The notes under the pieces are model-generated. The model did not search any database. It was not told the origin of the DNA and saw only the letters and a program-made list of their open reading frames with translations. Positions 1-8,896 of a stretch of DNA of 64,000 bases are shown here, one piece after another (the first letter of the stretch is position 1; every line of letters begins with the position of its first letter). This stretch comes from an uncultured Phycisphaerales bacterium (lineage in GTDB: Bacteria > Planctomycetota > Phycisphaerae > Sedimentisphaerales > Anaerobacaceae), in contig CAVYYI010000004.1 in assembly GCA_963772725.1 (NCBI GenBank), positions 192,001 to 256,000 on the forward strand. The letters run 5' to 3'. The translations under genes and the position numbers were made by a program.

Positions 1-990
1 CAGATAGCCGTCTTCGACTTTGAAATTCTTCGGTACTGCTATCTCAACAGGCTCGTTATATTCACCGCTGATAAGACCGACGCTGTACTGAGGCTCGGCT
101 TCCGGCAACTCAATGCCGAGTTCCTTTGCACGGAGATACTCTTCATAGTGCAGCGTATGGGTTTTCTGCCTCTGGAAGTATTTGTAATACTCCAGTTCGA
201 TGGCAGCCTTGAGTTGCTCGAAGGCTTGATTTTCCACCAGCCTTGTCCTCGCAGGGAGCATCAGGCGGATATTGGTTTGATCTGCAATATCCACCAGGAC
301 TGTAATACCCTGCCTGTTCTTGCTTGGCCAGTAATCCAACTGCACAACCTGGCCATGGAAATTCACAAGCACTCTGCCGTGATAATAATTTGATGTCCAG
401 TTACTGTGATATTTGGATAGTTCTTTTGTGGCTTCAATTTTGCAGCCTGGATTGTCATAATGCACAGCTTCGCTGCTGCAGAATGGCATCGAGTGGCAGT
501 ACTTGCCATCCACAATGACCCTGATACCCGCGAATACAGCGTGTTTCTCAACAAGCTCCATATCCCACGGCTTTTCATCCCTAAATTTAACGATAGTTCC
601 GGTTACCTCTTTCGGAATCTTCGTTACCTGCACCGGTCTTCCTGTCCATCCATCTTTATCGATAACGATTTGTCTGTCACCAGATGTAATCGTTACCTCT
701 TTTGGTGCAAGACTGAAAAGTCCTACACCTGCAGGGTCTTCGCCTGCTTCAAGTTTCTCATCCCAGCCGCTGCCTCCTAAATCCAGCAGCTTCTGGAAAT
801 CTTCAATGCCGCAGCCGTTGTCTTCAACGGTTACAAACCCATCCTTGTTTGAGATTCTCACCTCTGTGGAACCTGCTCTTCTTGCATTCTGCAGGATCTC
901 AATGACCCTGCCCTCAGCAGTACCCAGAAAAAATCTGTCTGCTTTGGTTAACAACCTCGGATTTACTTTTGCACAAATTGTTTCTTGCAT
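1..990 (-). CDS. GHKL (HATPase_c-like) ATP-binding protein, partial; appears to run off the left edge of the window
   Basis: Not in the ORF track. My translation from ATG 990 is MQETICAKVNPRLLTKADRFF..EILQNARRAGSTEV..VEDNGCGIEDF..EDPAGVGLFSL, which contains the GHKL N-box (ExxxNA), DxGxG and GxG motifs. An AGGA/AAGG RBS lies upstream. Confidence 0.8.
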   Translation of the reverse strand, partial: MQETICAKVNPRLLTKADRFFLGTAEGRVIEILQNARRAGSTEVRISNKDGFVTVEDNGCGIEDFQKLLDLGGSGWDEKLEAGEDPAGVGLFSLAPKEVTITSGDRQIVIDKDGWTGRPVQVTKIPKEVTGTIVKFRDEKPWDMELVEKHAVFAGIRVIVDGKYCHSMPFCSSEAVHYDNPGCKIEATKELSKYHSNWTSNYYHGRVLVNFHGQVVQLDYWPSKNRQGITVLVDIADQTNIRLMLPARTRLVENQAFEQLKAAIELEYYKYFQRQKTHTLHYEEYLRAKELGIELPEAEPQYSVGLISGEYNEPVEIAVPKNFKVEDGYL

Positions 991-1012
991 AGTTACACCT
1001 TTTCCTTTCGTT

Positions 1013-1050
1013 AAAAAGCGATGGCACGCTCTGCATAGTAGCGTGCCATC
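1013..1050 (-). terminator. Intrinsic terminator-like hairpin in the 5' leader of the GHKL gene
   Basis: 11-bp perfect stem GATGGCACGCT (1020-1030) / AGCGTGCCATC (1040-1050), followed on the minus strand by GCTTTTT. Confidence 0.55.
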
Positions 1051-1347
1051 ATGGTTAAAATTAGTTTCTTACAGATTGTTTAGAAATTACTCTCTCGTCG
1101 AGAGCTTACGTGCGAAATTACATTAGAGAACTATCTATTCAAAACCTTGGCTGGCCTCCGGCCAATCCGTGTTTCTCGTCGAGGAATCGCTTCATGATGA
1201 CTGCTTTTGCATCAGTGCTTTCATGTGCTAAAATCCTCTGGCAAGCTATTGTGTCCCGTGGGACGGCTTGCCTATGTTGAATAAATTTTTTGTGAGGATT
1301 AGCCAGTGGTAATACAATGGGGTTTATAAAATTAACGGTTTGCCGTT

Positions 1348-2565
1348 ATGTTGACAAATATCTATTTGTCTGTTATGCAGTCATCTATGAAGAAAAGACT
1401 TCGTATTAGTGGACTTGTAAAATTTGCGAACCGTGTCAGACATGATATTTCACGGCCTGTTTCGCATCAGCGATTGATACAATTACAAAAAGATGTCAAC
1501 GGCTGTTTTGAGAGTATTGGCCGGATATTAAAGGAAACGGGCTTGAAGCATGATTCACTGCCGGCACCTTCCCGTAAAGCTTATAAGTTTCTGAGTAATA
1601 TTGATTTTGATTCTATAGCAGCAGAAGAGACAGCTTTGACGAATGATCCGCCTCCAGGCAGTGTGTCATTTCCTGGCATGAGAAGCTACTTTAATCACAC
1701 TCTTGAACAACTGGCTCGAATTGACGGGGACTCACATATACAGAATATTTATGATTCTATTCGTTCTTCCAGCGAGAATATTGAAGGGGAAATTCAGGCC
1801 AAAAAGGTGAGACCGGAACAGCTTAAATCTCAATCACGTGCTATAAGAGGATGGATGACATATTTCGCCCAGCGGGAGAACTTTGATTCGTATATCACCG
1901 CTGTTAGGCAAGCGATGCCCATCTTCTCTGAAGCTGTAAACAACACAAGAAAACAAACGGTTCCGGTACGGGTTTATTTCCTGCCGATAAAAGGAGTGTA
2001 TCAGACCCGAAGCTATAAAAACCTGATCCTGGCGAAACTGCCGACGCCTATGATATGTTTTGACAGGGAAACTCTGCGGTTACTCGCTGAATGGATATTT
2101 CAAAAAGCTAATAATAAGCAATTGATCCTTGATACAATGCTGAGCGAACCTTATCAGGAAATACTTTCTGAACTTGACCTGTTAAGCGGTATTGTAGAAC
2201 ATGCTGAAGGGTTGCACCATAATCTTGCGGAATCCTTTGAGCGTGTCAATAACTCATATTTCAACGGCAGTATGAATCGTCCGCGTCTTGCCTGGAGCCA
2301 GACCTTTACATTTCGAAAGTTCGGCCATTATGACCAGACGCATGATACCGTGATGGTCAGCATGTCTCTGGACAGGATGGATGTGCCTGAATATGTGGTA
2401 GATTTTATTGTATACCATGAGCTATTGCATAAAAAACTCGGAAGCCGCTGGAGCAATGGCAGAAGTTTCAGCCATACCAGCGACTTTATCCGCAAAGAAA
2501 AACAGTTTCGGCAGTACAACGAGTCAAAGACTATTCTGAATAAACTGGCCCGTTCTTCTGGGTGA
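1348..2565 (+). CDS. SprT/YgjP (M48-like) zinc metalloprotease-domain protein with a long uncharacterised N-terminal region
   Basis: C-terminal FERVNNSYF..W..FGHY..VPEYVVDFIVYHELLH..HTSDF (HExxH plus a downstream His). Confidence 0.75.
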   Translation: MLTNIYLSVMQSSMKKRLRISGLVKFANRVRHDISRPVSHQRLIQLQKDVNGCFESIGRILKETGLKHDSLPAPSRKAYKFLSNIDFDSIAAEETALTNDPPPGSVSFPGMRSYFNHTLEQLARIDGDSHIQNIYDSIRSSSENIEGEIQAKKVRPEQLKSQSRAIRGWMTYFAQRENFDSYITAVRQAMPIFSEAVNNTRKQTVPVRVYFLPIKGVYQTRSYKNLILAKLPTPMICFDRETLRLLAEWIFQKANNKQLILDTMLSEPYQEILSELDLLSGIVEHAEGLHHNLAESFERVNNSYFNGSMNRPRLAWSQTFTFRKFGHYDQTHDTVMVSMSLDRMDVPEYVVDFIVYHELLHKKLGSRWSNGRSFSHTSDFIRKEKQFRQYNESKTILNKLARSSG

Positions 2566-2576
2566 AATCTTATCGA

Positions 2577-2861
2577 CTATTTCTCCGACATGTTTCGATT
2601 ATAAAGGCTGGATTGCCTTAACCGTTTCTGTTCCAATGTTCCAGGCGGAACCATACGAACATTTGTCAGGTTGGCCGTCTTAATTAGCTTATTTGCACAG
2701 TCCGGGTACTTGTACATAAATTCAACAGGTATGACTAAATCCTTGCTTTGATGACTCCGGTTTGACCTGATGGCTATGTCAGCCACCACCGCTATTAAAA
2801 CCACCACAAACAAAATCACAATCCATTTAGCTTTTTTCTTTTCCAAAGTGTTCCACCTCAT
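2577..2861 (-). CDS. Small single-pass membrane hypothetical protein
   Basis: 94-aa ORF with a basic N-terminus and one hydrophobic helix. An alternative TTG start at 2846 follows GAGGTG. Confidence 0.55.
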   Translation of the reverse strand: MRWNTLEKKKAKWIVILFVVVLIAVVADIAIRSNRSHQSKDLVIPVEFMYKYPDCANKLIKTANLTNVRMVPPGTLEQKRLRQSSLYNRNMSEK

Positions 2862-3095
2862 GAATCCTCAACATTGTTAAAGTTATAGGCTTGTATACCT
2901 AACAGAAAGAAAAAACTTTATAAACCTGCCGGTGTTTCTCCTGAGAGATTAACAAGCCTGGCCAAGCTGGATATTTGACACGTCATAATTTTGTATACCA
3001 GTATGATAAATACCCACTGCATTTGGGATGTGCGTCAAAAATACATCACCTCCGGCCGGGGCGTAGTGTATTTTTGAAGACTTTTTCGGGATTTT

Positions 3096-3118
3096 CGCAA
3101 GATTTATATAGTCTTGCG
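3096..3118 (+). promoter_or_regulatory. Archaeal-style TATA box (TTTATATA 3103-3110) inside the inverted repeat CGCAAGA..TCTTGCG, upstream of the integrase
   Basis: The TATA starts 30 nt before ATG 3133, and there is no Shine-Dalgarno before that ATG. Confidence 0.4.
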
Positions 3119-3132
3119 TATCCCCTCATCTT

Positions 3133-4356
3133 ATGAATGAAAAAGCCGATCCGTTCAAGAATAAGCAACGCTGGGAACAATGGAAAAAAGAGCTGAAGGT
3201 ATCCACACGCTTCGGCAATTCTCTCTCGGACATAAACAAGAAATTGATTCTCGAATACCTTCTTGACATGGAAGCCGGTTACAACGTTGCCAGAAAAGGC
3301 AAAATGAGCTACATAAGGCTCAATACACTTCGCCAGCGGATAATATGGGTTGTAAGCAATATAGGAATAGATGATATCACAAAAGCTACCAGACGCGAAT
3401 TGCTGGCCTTCTTTAACAAAATGGCCTCTGGTGAAATCAAACGCAATGATGGCAGGAAATATCGCTCCGTCACGGATTATATCAAGGTCTTCAAGGCCTT
3501 CTGGCATTGGTTCCAGAAAAGAGAGTTAGAGCACGACCGCATCGTTAAAGATATTACCATCGATCTGGCGGTAGATAGCGGTGACGAAAATGAGTTTATC
3601 TACTTCACTATAGATGAGCTAAGAAAGGTAATCAATCACTGCAAATATGAGTATCATGTTTACTTGTGGTTTCTGTTTGATTCCGGCATCAGGGCCCCGA
3701 CGGAGTTTATGAGCCTGAAAGTCGGAGATTTTCACTGGCTCAGCGATAGCAATCTTTTCGAACTCGATATAAAAGACAGTTATGCCAAAACCTTTGGCAG
3801 AAAAATCAAGCTCGTCTTATCGTCACAGATATTGAAAGAGTATCTGTCTAACAAAAAGCCCGAAGAATCTTTTTTCAACATAGACTGGAAGGCATTCTGT
3901 CAGTACATAAAACGCGTATTTGTTAATGTCCTCGGCGACAAGCCGACAAAAGGCGGTAAAAGTATACGCGAAATCAGGCCCTATGATTTTCGTCACAGTG
4001 CTGCCTGCTACTGGCGGTCAAGGTACAAAAACGTAAATGCTTACATGTACAGGTTTGGCTGGAAAGAAATGAGAATGGTAAATTATTACACCAAGTTCAT
4101 TGGTATGCAGGATACCATCAGCCAGGATGATCTGGTTATCGATTCTGAAGCCAAAAGCCGGCTTGAAAAAGAGCTGGAGCAGGAAAGGAAAACCAGGGCC
4201 CTTACGGAAGAGAGACTTATGGCCCAGGAAAAACAGTTCAATGATATGAACGCCAAATTCGAACAGATAAACCTATTTATGAACCATTTGTTCGAACACG
4301 ATCCTTCTCTGGCAAAAACCCTCGCAGAGAAAGCTAAAGCCCATAATCCCGGATAG
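3133..4356 (+). CDS. Tyrosine recombinase / site-specific integrase with a C-terminal coiled coil
   Basis: Catalytic motifs LFDSGIRAP (R), AKT (K), PYDFRHS (RH), FGW and YY (catalytic Tyr). Confidence 0.9.
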   Translation: MNEKADPFKNKQRWEQWKKELKVSTRFGNSLSDINKKLILEYLLDMEAGYNVARKGKMSYIRLNTLRQRIIWVVSNIGIDDITKATRRELLAFFNKMASGEIKRNDGRKYRSVTDYIKVFKAFWHWFQKRELEHDRIVKDITIDLAVDSGDENEFIYFTIDELRKVINHCKYEYHVYLWFLFDSGIRAPTEFMSLKVGDFHWLSDSNLFELDIKDSYAKTFGRKIKLVLSSQILKEYLSNKKPEESFFNIDWKAFCQYIKRVFVNVLGDKPTKGGKSIREIRPYDFRHSAACYWRSRYKNVNAYMYRFGWKEMRMVNYYTKFIGMQDTISQDDLVIDSEAKSRLEKELEQERKTRALTEERLMAQEKQFNDMNAKFEQINLFMNHLFEHDPSLAKTLAEKAKAHNPG

Positions 4357-4448
4357 AGCTTATGGATGCCGTTCTCCGTAGGGAGCCCTAACGGACAAAC
4401 CAGTTTTTGACTGTTTTTATTTGGAGAACCCGATGGGTCAAAGATGCG

Positions 4449-4526
4449 GAACTCGAATATCGCGTTATAGCAATAAATAAAGCAGGCGTTGGTTCGCCGA
4501 GTAATACGGTGATGGTGGTTTTGTAA
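4449..4526 (+). pseudogene. 3' remnant of a fibronectin type III domain gene
   Basis: Translates to ELEYRVIAINKAGVGSPSNTVMVVL*, matching the FN3 YxxxAxNxxGxG pattern. No 5' part is present. Confidence 0.7.
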
Positions 4527-4627
4527 AATTGCATCATGGCACTGCAGGCTATTGTCCTTCATAGTTTTTTGTTGAAAGCATACCTGTTTTGCTTTATCTT
4601 AACTTTTAACAAAATTAAATATAGCAA

Positions 4628-4680
4628 GGCGATGAGGTTCGCCGAACAACCGCCTGTAAAAAAAGGATGATAACCTCTAC
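4628..4680 (+). ncRNA. Fluoride riboswitch (crcB motif)
   Basis: GGCGATGAGGTTCGCC..AACCGCC..GGATGATAACCTCTAC matches the crcB consensus, including the GAGGT/ACCTC pseudoknot. Confidence 0.9.
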
Positions 4681-4702
4681 CAGTAAAGGTAGAGGTTTTT
4701 TT
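4672..4702 (+). terminator. Riboswitch expression-platform terminator
   Basis: AACCTCTACC / GGTAGAGGTT stem followed by a T-run. Its 5' arm is the pseudoknot strand of the aptamer. Confidence 0.85.
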
Positions 4703-4721
4703 GTTTTGAAAGGACAGGATT

Positions 4722-5885
4722 ATGAATGTTAAAGTTGATGCCGTTCCGCTAATTGTCGGCAGTTTGGTATTTCTGGCAAGTATTGTCTCTCTTAGAGCAG
4801 GGCTTTCTGTGGCCATTATAGAAATTCTTATCGGCACCGCAGCAGCTTATTTCGGTCTTCAGGCAGAAGATTGGATGTTATATATTGCCAGTTTTGGCGG
4901 CATCGTTCTTACCTTTCTGGCAGGGTCCGAAATAGACACTCATCTTATGAGGGAAAAATTTAAGGAAAGCTTCCTCATAGGCACTTCCTCTTTTCTGGTT
5001 CCTTTTGCGGGAGTTTTTCTTTACACTTTTTTTATAGCGCATTGGACATTACAGGCATCTCTTATCGCAGGAACTGCCCTTTCCACAACATCGCTTGCGG
5101 TCGTCTATTCGGTACTGGTGGAAACAGGTCTTTCAAGAACTGAAGTCGGCAAACTTCTTATGGCCGCCACTTTCGTTACTGATATGGGTACCGCCATTGC
5201 CCTGAGCGTCCTTTTCGCCAAACCTACCATCTACACCGCCGTTTTTCTTATCGTCTCGATTATTGTCATAGTATTCGCAACAAAATTTTCCCATCTTGTT
5301 TTTCACAGCCGCACTTTAAAAAATAAAGTTATTGAACCTGAGATAAAATATATTTTCGTGCTGTTGCTGCTGTTTATGTATTTTGCAAAGCTGGGTGACG
5401 GGCACGCTGTCCTGCCCGCGTTTTTTCTCGGATTGATGATGTCAGGCCACTTCAAGGAGACATCTGAAACAAAAGTTGTCAGAAACCGCCTGCGAACCGT
5501 TGCTTATGCTTTCATTACGCCGATATTTTTTATCGTCGGCGGCTTAAAGGTTTCAGTTCCGATGATTATCGCAGCGTTCGGCCTTTTTGCGATTCTTTTC
5601 ATTCTCAAAATTGCTGCAAAATTTCTTGGCGTTTATTTCCTTGCCAAAAAATACATCCCTCACGGCAGTATGTACACAACTCTTCTTATGAGTACCGGCC
5701 TTACATTTGGAACGATATCGAGCGTATTCGGCCTGACAGCAGGCATCATTAATCAGACGCAATATTCGATTCTTGTAGGAGTGGTCATAGCAAGCGCTGT
5801 TATACCAACGTTTATCGCACAGAAGTGGTTTATGCCGGTCGAAGAGGAAGACCTTGTTGATTTGGAAAACGGCGGAAATAAATAG
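4722..5885 (+). CDS. Cation:proton antiporter (CPA2 / Na+/H+ exchanger family)
   Basis: Highly hydrophobic 387 aa with motifs LTFLAGSEID, ALSTTSLAVV, FVTDMGT and PIFFIVGG. Confidence 0.9.
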   Translation: MNVKVDAVPLIVGSLVFLASIVSLRAGLSVAIIEILIGTAAAYFGLQAEDWMLYIASFGGIVLTFLAGSEIDTHLMREKFKESFLIGTSSFLVPFAGVFLYTFFIAHWTLQASLIAGTALSTTSLAVVYSVLVETGLSRTEVGKLLMAATFVTDMGTAIALSVLFAKPTIYTAVFLIVSIIVIVFATKFSHLVFHSRTLKNKVIEPEIKYIFVLLLLFMYFAKLGDGHAVLPAFFLGLMMSGHFKETSETKVVRNRLRTVAYAFITPIFFIVGGLKVSVPMIIAAFGLFAILFILKIAAKFLGVYFLAKKYIPHGSMYTTLLMSTGLTFGTISSVFGLTAGIINQTQYSILVGVVIASAVIPTFIAQKWFMPVEEEDLVDLENGGNK

Positions 5886-6177
5886 GGACAGTCGTATTAT
5901 TATATTTTATTGGTGACTGCGGGAGTCTTTCAACAGCCCCAAACTTCCTCAAATTTAGGTTTTTTTGAAAAATTTTCAGATTTTCCCGATGCAATTGCTG
6001 GAAGATTTTAATATTGTCGTGGAATTGCGGACTTACATCATGGCATTGGAAAGAGAAGAAATAGCAGAAAAGCACAAAGCCACAATATCCCTGTAAAGAA
6101 TTCTTAAAGGCGACAGTTGTTTGCGAAAGATTTAAATATGCAAACAGATTCTTCTTTGTTACTGGCAAGTAATTAAA

Positions 6178-6408
6178 ATGGACATCGACAAATATTATTC
6201 AAATGGGGAAGAACAGAAAAGGGATTATATAAATTACAGTTATCTCTATTCTTTAGAGCCGCCAAGCTACAATTCTGTTGTACGGAGAAAAACCCCAGCG
6301 GCGGCAAATATTGACGATCTCGTTGGGCCTGTCTGGTTTGAAAAGATTATGAGGCAGTTGGATACCGATAAAAACAGGCCTCAAAAGCCAAATCGCCGAA
6401 AAGTATAA
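6178..6408 (+). CDS. Hypothetical protein
   Basis: 76-aa ORF with no recognisable motif. Confidence 0.35.
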   Translation: MDIDKYYSNGEEQKRDYINYSYLYSLEPPSYNSVVRRKTPAAANIDDLVGPVWFEKIMRQLDTDKNRPQKPNRRKV

Positions 6409-6433
6409 ATACCAGTACATCTAAGAGTCTTTC

Positions 6434-7513
6434 ATGAGCCCGAAACGCTGCTTGATAATCTCCATCTCTATGAATTATTGGAGACTTTTATACCTGACTT
6501 TGTGCTGGGTTTTACCTTTTTCACGTCCATTGCCTATTCGGTCTTAGGCAAAAAATCTGAACGGCAAAGACCGGCTATAGCAATGTCTGCGAGCATGGGT
6601 TTTGCTCTATCGTTAGGGCTTGTATGGTGGGAAAAGGCAAACGGGCTTTCCATAAAAGATTTAGGCCCGATTGCAGTTGGCTTTGCGGTACTTGTTCTAT
6701 CCTTTGTAATGTACCAGTCCATAAAACAGGTTGGCGGCACCTGGGCTGGTATGGGTATCACGATAGGAGCATGTATATTAATAGCCCAAATGCTTAAATT
6801 GAGTCCGCCCGTCGATACTGAGATAATTCAAACCATTACCATAGCGGCTCTTATTATTGGGATACTTGCATTTATCTCACATTTACATGGCAAAGGTTAT
6901 AACTTTCCACGTGTATCGACAAACCTGCCGGATGCCCGTCGTAATATGGCGAATTTATACAGAGACCGGCACCTGTCAGACAGACTCTCACGAAGCATGC
7001 GAAATATACGCAGGGAAGCCAACTCTTTAAACGAACACCCGCAAGAAGCGGGCAATGTCCTTGTGCAGGCTAAAAAGAATGCTGCCGGCAGAAGGCTACC
7101 TGACCGAAAGAATGGCACAGCTTCGAGCAAAAGCTCACCAAATCCGCAATGGCCATATCGCAAGACTTGAGGAAACAAAAAATGTATTCTCAAAACTGCC
7201 CACATCAACAAAGAAAAGAGCCTCTCAAGAATTGGCCGCCAGATATGACCAGCTTGTTGGTATTGATACCCGGCTGGAACGGCTTGACAAATCCGTTGCT
7301 GAAAACGAGCGACGAATCAAAGAACTCACTGAACAAGCTCAAATTTATACAGCCAGACACGAACATCAAAAACTCACCGATACTCTCAAGGCCGCTGAAA
7401 AGCTCCAGAAGCACAACAGCGAGCTGTTCAAGATCATAAACCACACAGAAGGCCAGCTAACTGCCATAGCCAGGAAAATCGCAAAAGAGGCAAAACAGGT
7501 AAATAAACAATGA
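6434..7513 (+). CDS. Multi-pass membrane protein with a C-terminal coiled coil (frameshifted)
   Basis: ORFs 6478-7170 and 7055-7513 join near 7070 (VLVQ/LKRMLPAEG). The likely start is ATG 6434, with another 1-nt indel just after it. Confidence 0.65.
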
Positions 7514-7914
7514 TTGCTTCAAACACGACAGATTCTCTGGAAGCCAAAGTCAAGGATACTTTATACCCTTATAAATCCAAAGAACACAAAATCATAGCCG
7601 AGACCCTGAACCAGTACGGCATACCGTTTTTCTATCAACAGCCGACCCTTGTTATCGAAAATGGCAAAAAGATGATTGAATACGCAGACTTCTTTCTGCC
7701 CTCTTACCGCGGCCTTGCTATAGATTATATAATAGAATCCCACAGTGCGATCTACCGCAGAAAAAAGAACATCTACCAGGAAAATTCTGTCCCCGCTATA
7801 TTGGTCTCACGAAAGGATTTAATGCGGCCGGATTTCAATAGATCGCTCTACAAAACCCTACAAAGCTCATATCGCATTAGTACGCACTACCGAAGACGGG
7901 GCAAATATAGATAA
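7510..7914 (+). CDS. Hypothetical protein, possible PD-(D/E)XK nuclease-like fold
   Basis: SKEHKIIAETL..GIPFFYQ..ADFFLP..LAIDY resembles restriction-endonuclease-like domains. The start overlaps the upstream stop (ATGA). Confidence 0.5.
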   Translation: MIASNTTDSLEAKVKDTLYPYKSKEHKIIAETLNQYGIPFFYQQPTLVIENGKKMIEYADFFLPSYRGLAIDYIIESHSAIYRRKKNIYQENSVPAILVSRKDLMRPDFNRSLYKTLQSSYRISTHYRRRGKYR

Positions 7915-7943
7915 CATTAGCCTTGTTTTTTTGAAACCCTACG

Positions 7944-8076
7944 CTTGACAAAAGAGCGAAATATATATAAATTTAACAATGTTTCTCAGATTATTGTCAA
8001 TTATCAACTAAAGTTTGCTTGACCTCATAGCGATATATATGTAATAATATCATATATATGTCAGCGTGTTGTCAAG
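7944..8076 (+). promoter_or_regulatory. Tandem sigma70-like promoters and an operator palindrome upstream of abiEi
   Basis: Two related copies of GCTTGAC..AGCGA..ATATAT (about 7943 and 8017). Inverted repeat ATATATATG (8033-8041) / CATATATAT (8051-8059), framed by CTTGAC / GTCAAG. Confidence 0.5.
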
Positions 8077-8089
8077 TAAGGGCATAACA

Positions 8090-8896
8090 ATGAAAATAGA
8101 AGAATTTTTTAACAAAAATCCGGTTTTTACCATCGAAGAAGTAGACAGGTTTCTGGGTAAAAGAGGTAAAACCACTCCTTCGAGGCGTAATTCACTGCTG
8201 TCCTATTACCGCCGCCAGGGGCGAATCGTAAATGTCAGACGACAACTCTATGCCGTTACACCCTATGACAGCCCACCAGGAACCTGCCAGGTTGATTCCT
8301 TTTTGTTAGCAGCCAAAATGACCCCTGATGCGATACTGGCCTACCATACAGCACTGGAGTTTCATGGAAAGGCTTATTCGGTTTTTAACCGGTTTTACTA
8401 TCTATCTAATAAAAGGTCTATTCCGACTAAATTTGGCGATTATGAATTTCATTGCATCCTGATGCCGCTTGAACTTAGAAAAAATGGTAAAGAAAATTTC
8501 GGAGTAGAACAAGCCGAGCGTTCAGGTCTTGGTATAAAAGTTACCAGTCTGGAACGAACGCTCGTTGATGTTCTGGCTCGCCCTGATATTTCAGGCGGCT
8601 GGGAGGAAATCTGGCGATCCCTGGAATCCGTGGAGTTTTTTGATATCGATAAGGTAATCGAATACACTCTCTTGCTTGCTAATGCAACAACAGCCGCCAA
8701 AGTCGGACTATTTCTGGATCAGCACCGCCAGGCCCTTATGGTTGATGACAGTCACTTAAAACAGCTTTATAAATTGCGACCGCAACAACCACACTATCTC
8801 AACCGCAGTAAACGACAGCTGGGCCAACTGGTGTCAGACTGGAATCTTGTTGTACCAGAAAATATCCTTAACCGTTCATGGATGGAGGTAATATGA
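8090..8896 (+). CDS. abiEi: Type IV toxin-antitoxin antitoxin / transcriptional regulator, AbiEi family
   Basis: N-terminal winged helix (VRRQLY), AYHTALEFHG and VTSLERTLVD motifs. Translationally coupled to the next gene. Confidence 0.85.
   Translation: MKIEEFFNKNPVFTIEEVDRFLGKRGKTTPSRRNSLLSYYRRQGRIVNVRRQLYAVTPYDSPPGTCQVDSFLLAAKMTPDAILAYHTALEFHGKAYSVFNRFYYLSNKRSIPTKFGDYEFHCILMPLELRKNGKENFGVEQAERSGLGIKVTSLERTLVDVLARPDISGGWEEIWRSLESVEFFDIDKVIEYTLLLANATTAAKVGLFLDQHRQALMVDDSHLKQLYKLRPQQPHYLNRSKRQLGQLVSDWNLVVPENILNRSWMEVI

Noticed and set aside
148..1126. Plus-strand ORFs such as 503-1126 and 460-780
   Set aside because: Shadows of the minus-strand GHKL ATPase gene.
1235..1275. c-di-GMP-I riboswitch (GGCAAGCC..GGGACACAA on the minus strand)
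   Set aside because: It lacks the GNRA tetraloop/receptor stems, so it is kept only as an unnamed structured leader.
2978..3011. dif/Xer site (..CATAA ... GTATGATAAAT)
   Set aside because: The spacer between the candidate arms is 12 nt rather than 6, and the match is weak.
5909..5940. tmRNA/tRNA-like ends on the minus strand (GGGGCTG..GACTCCCGCAGTCACCA)
   Set aside because: Only about 30 nt with no body or T-loop. It could equally be an orphan IS-end-like sequence (GGCTGTTGAAA), and I found no partner.
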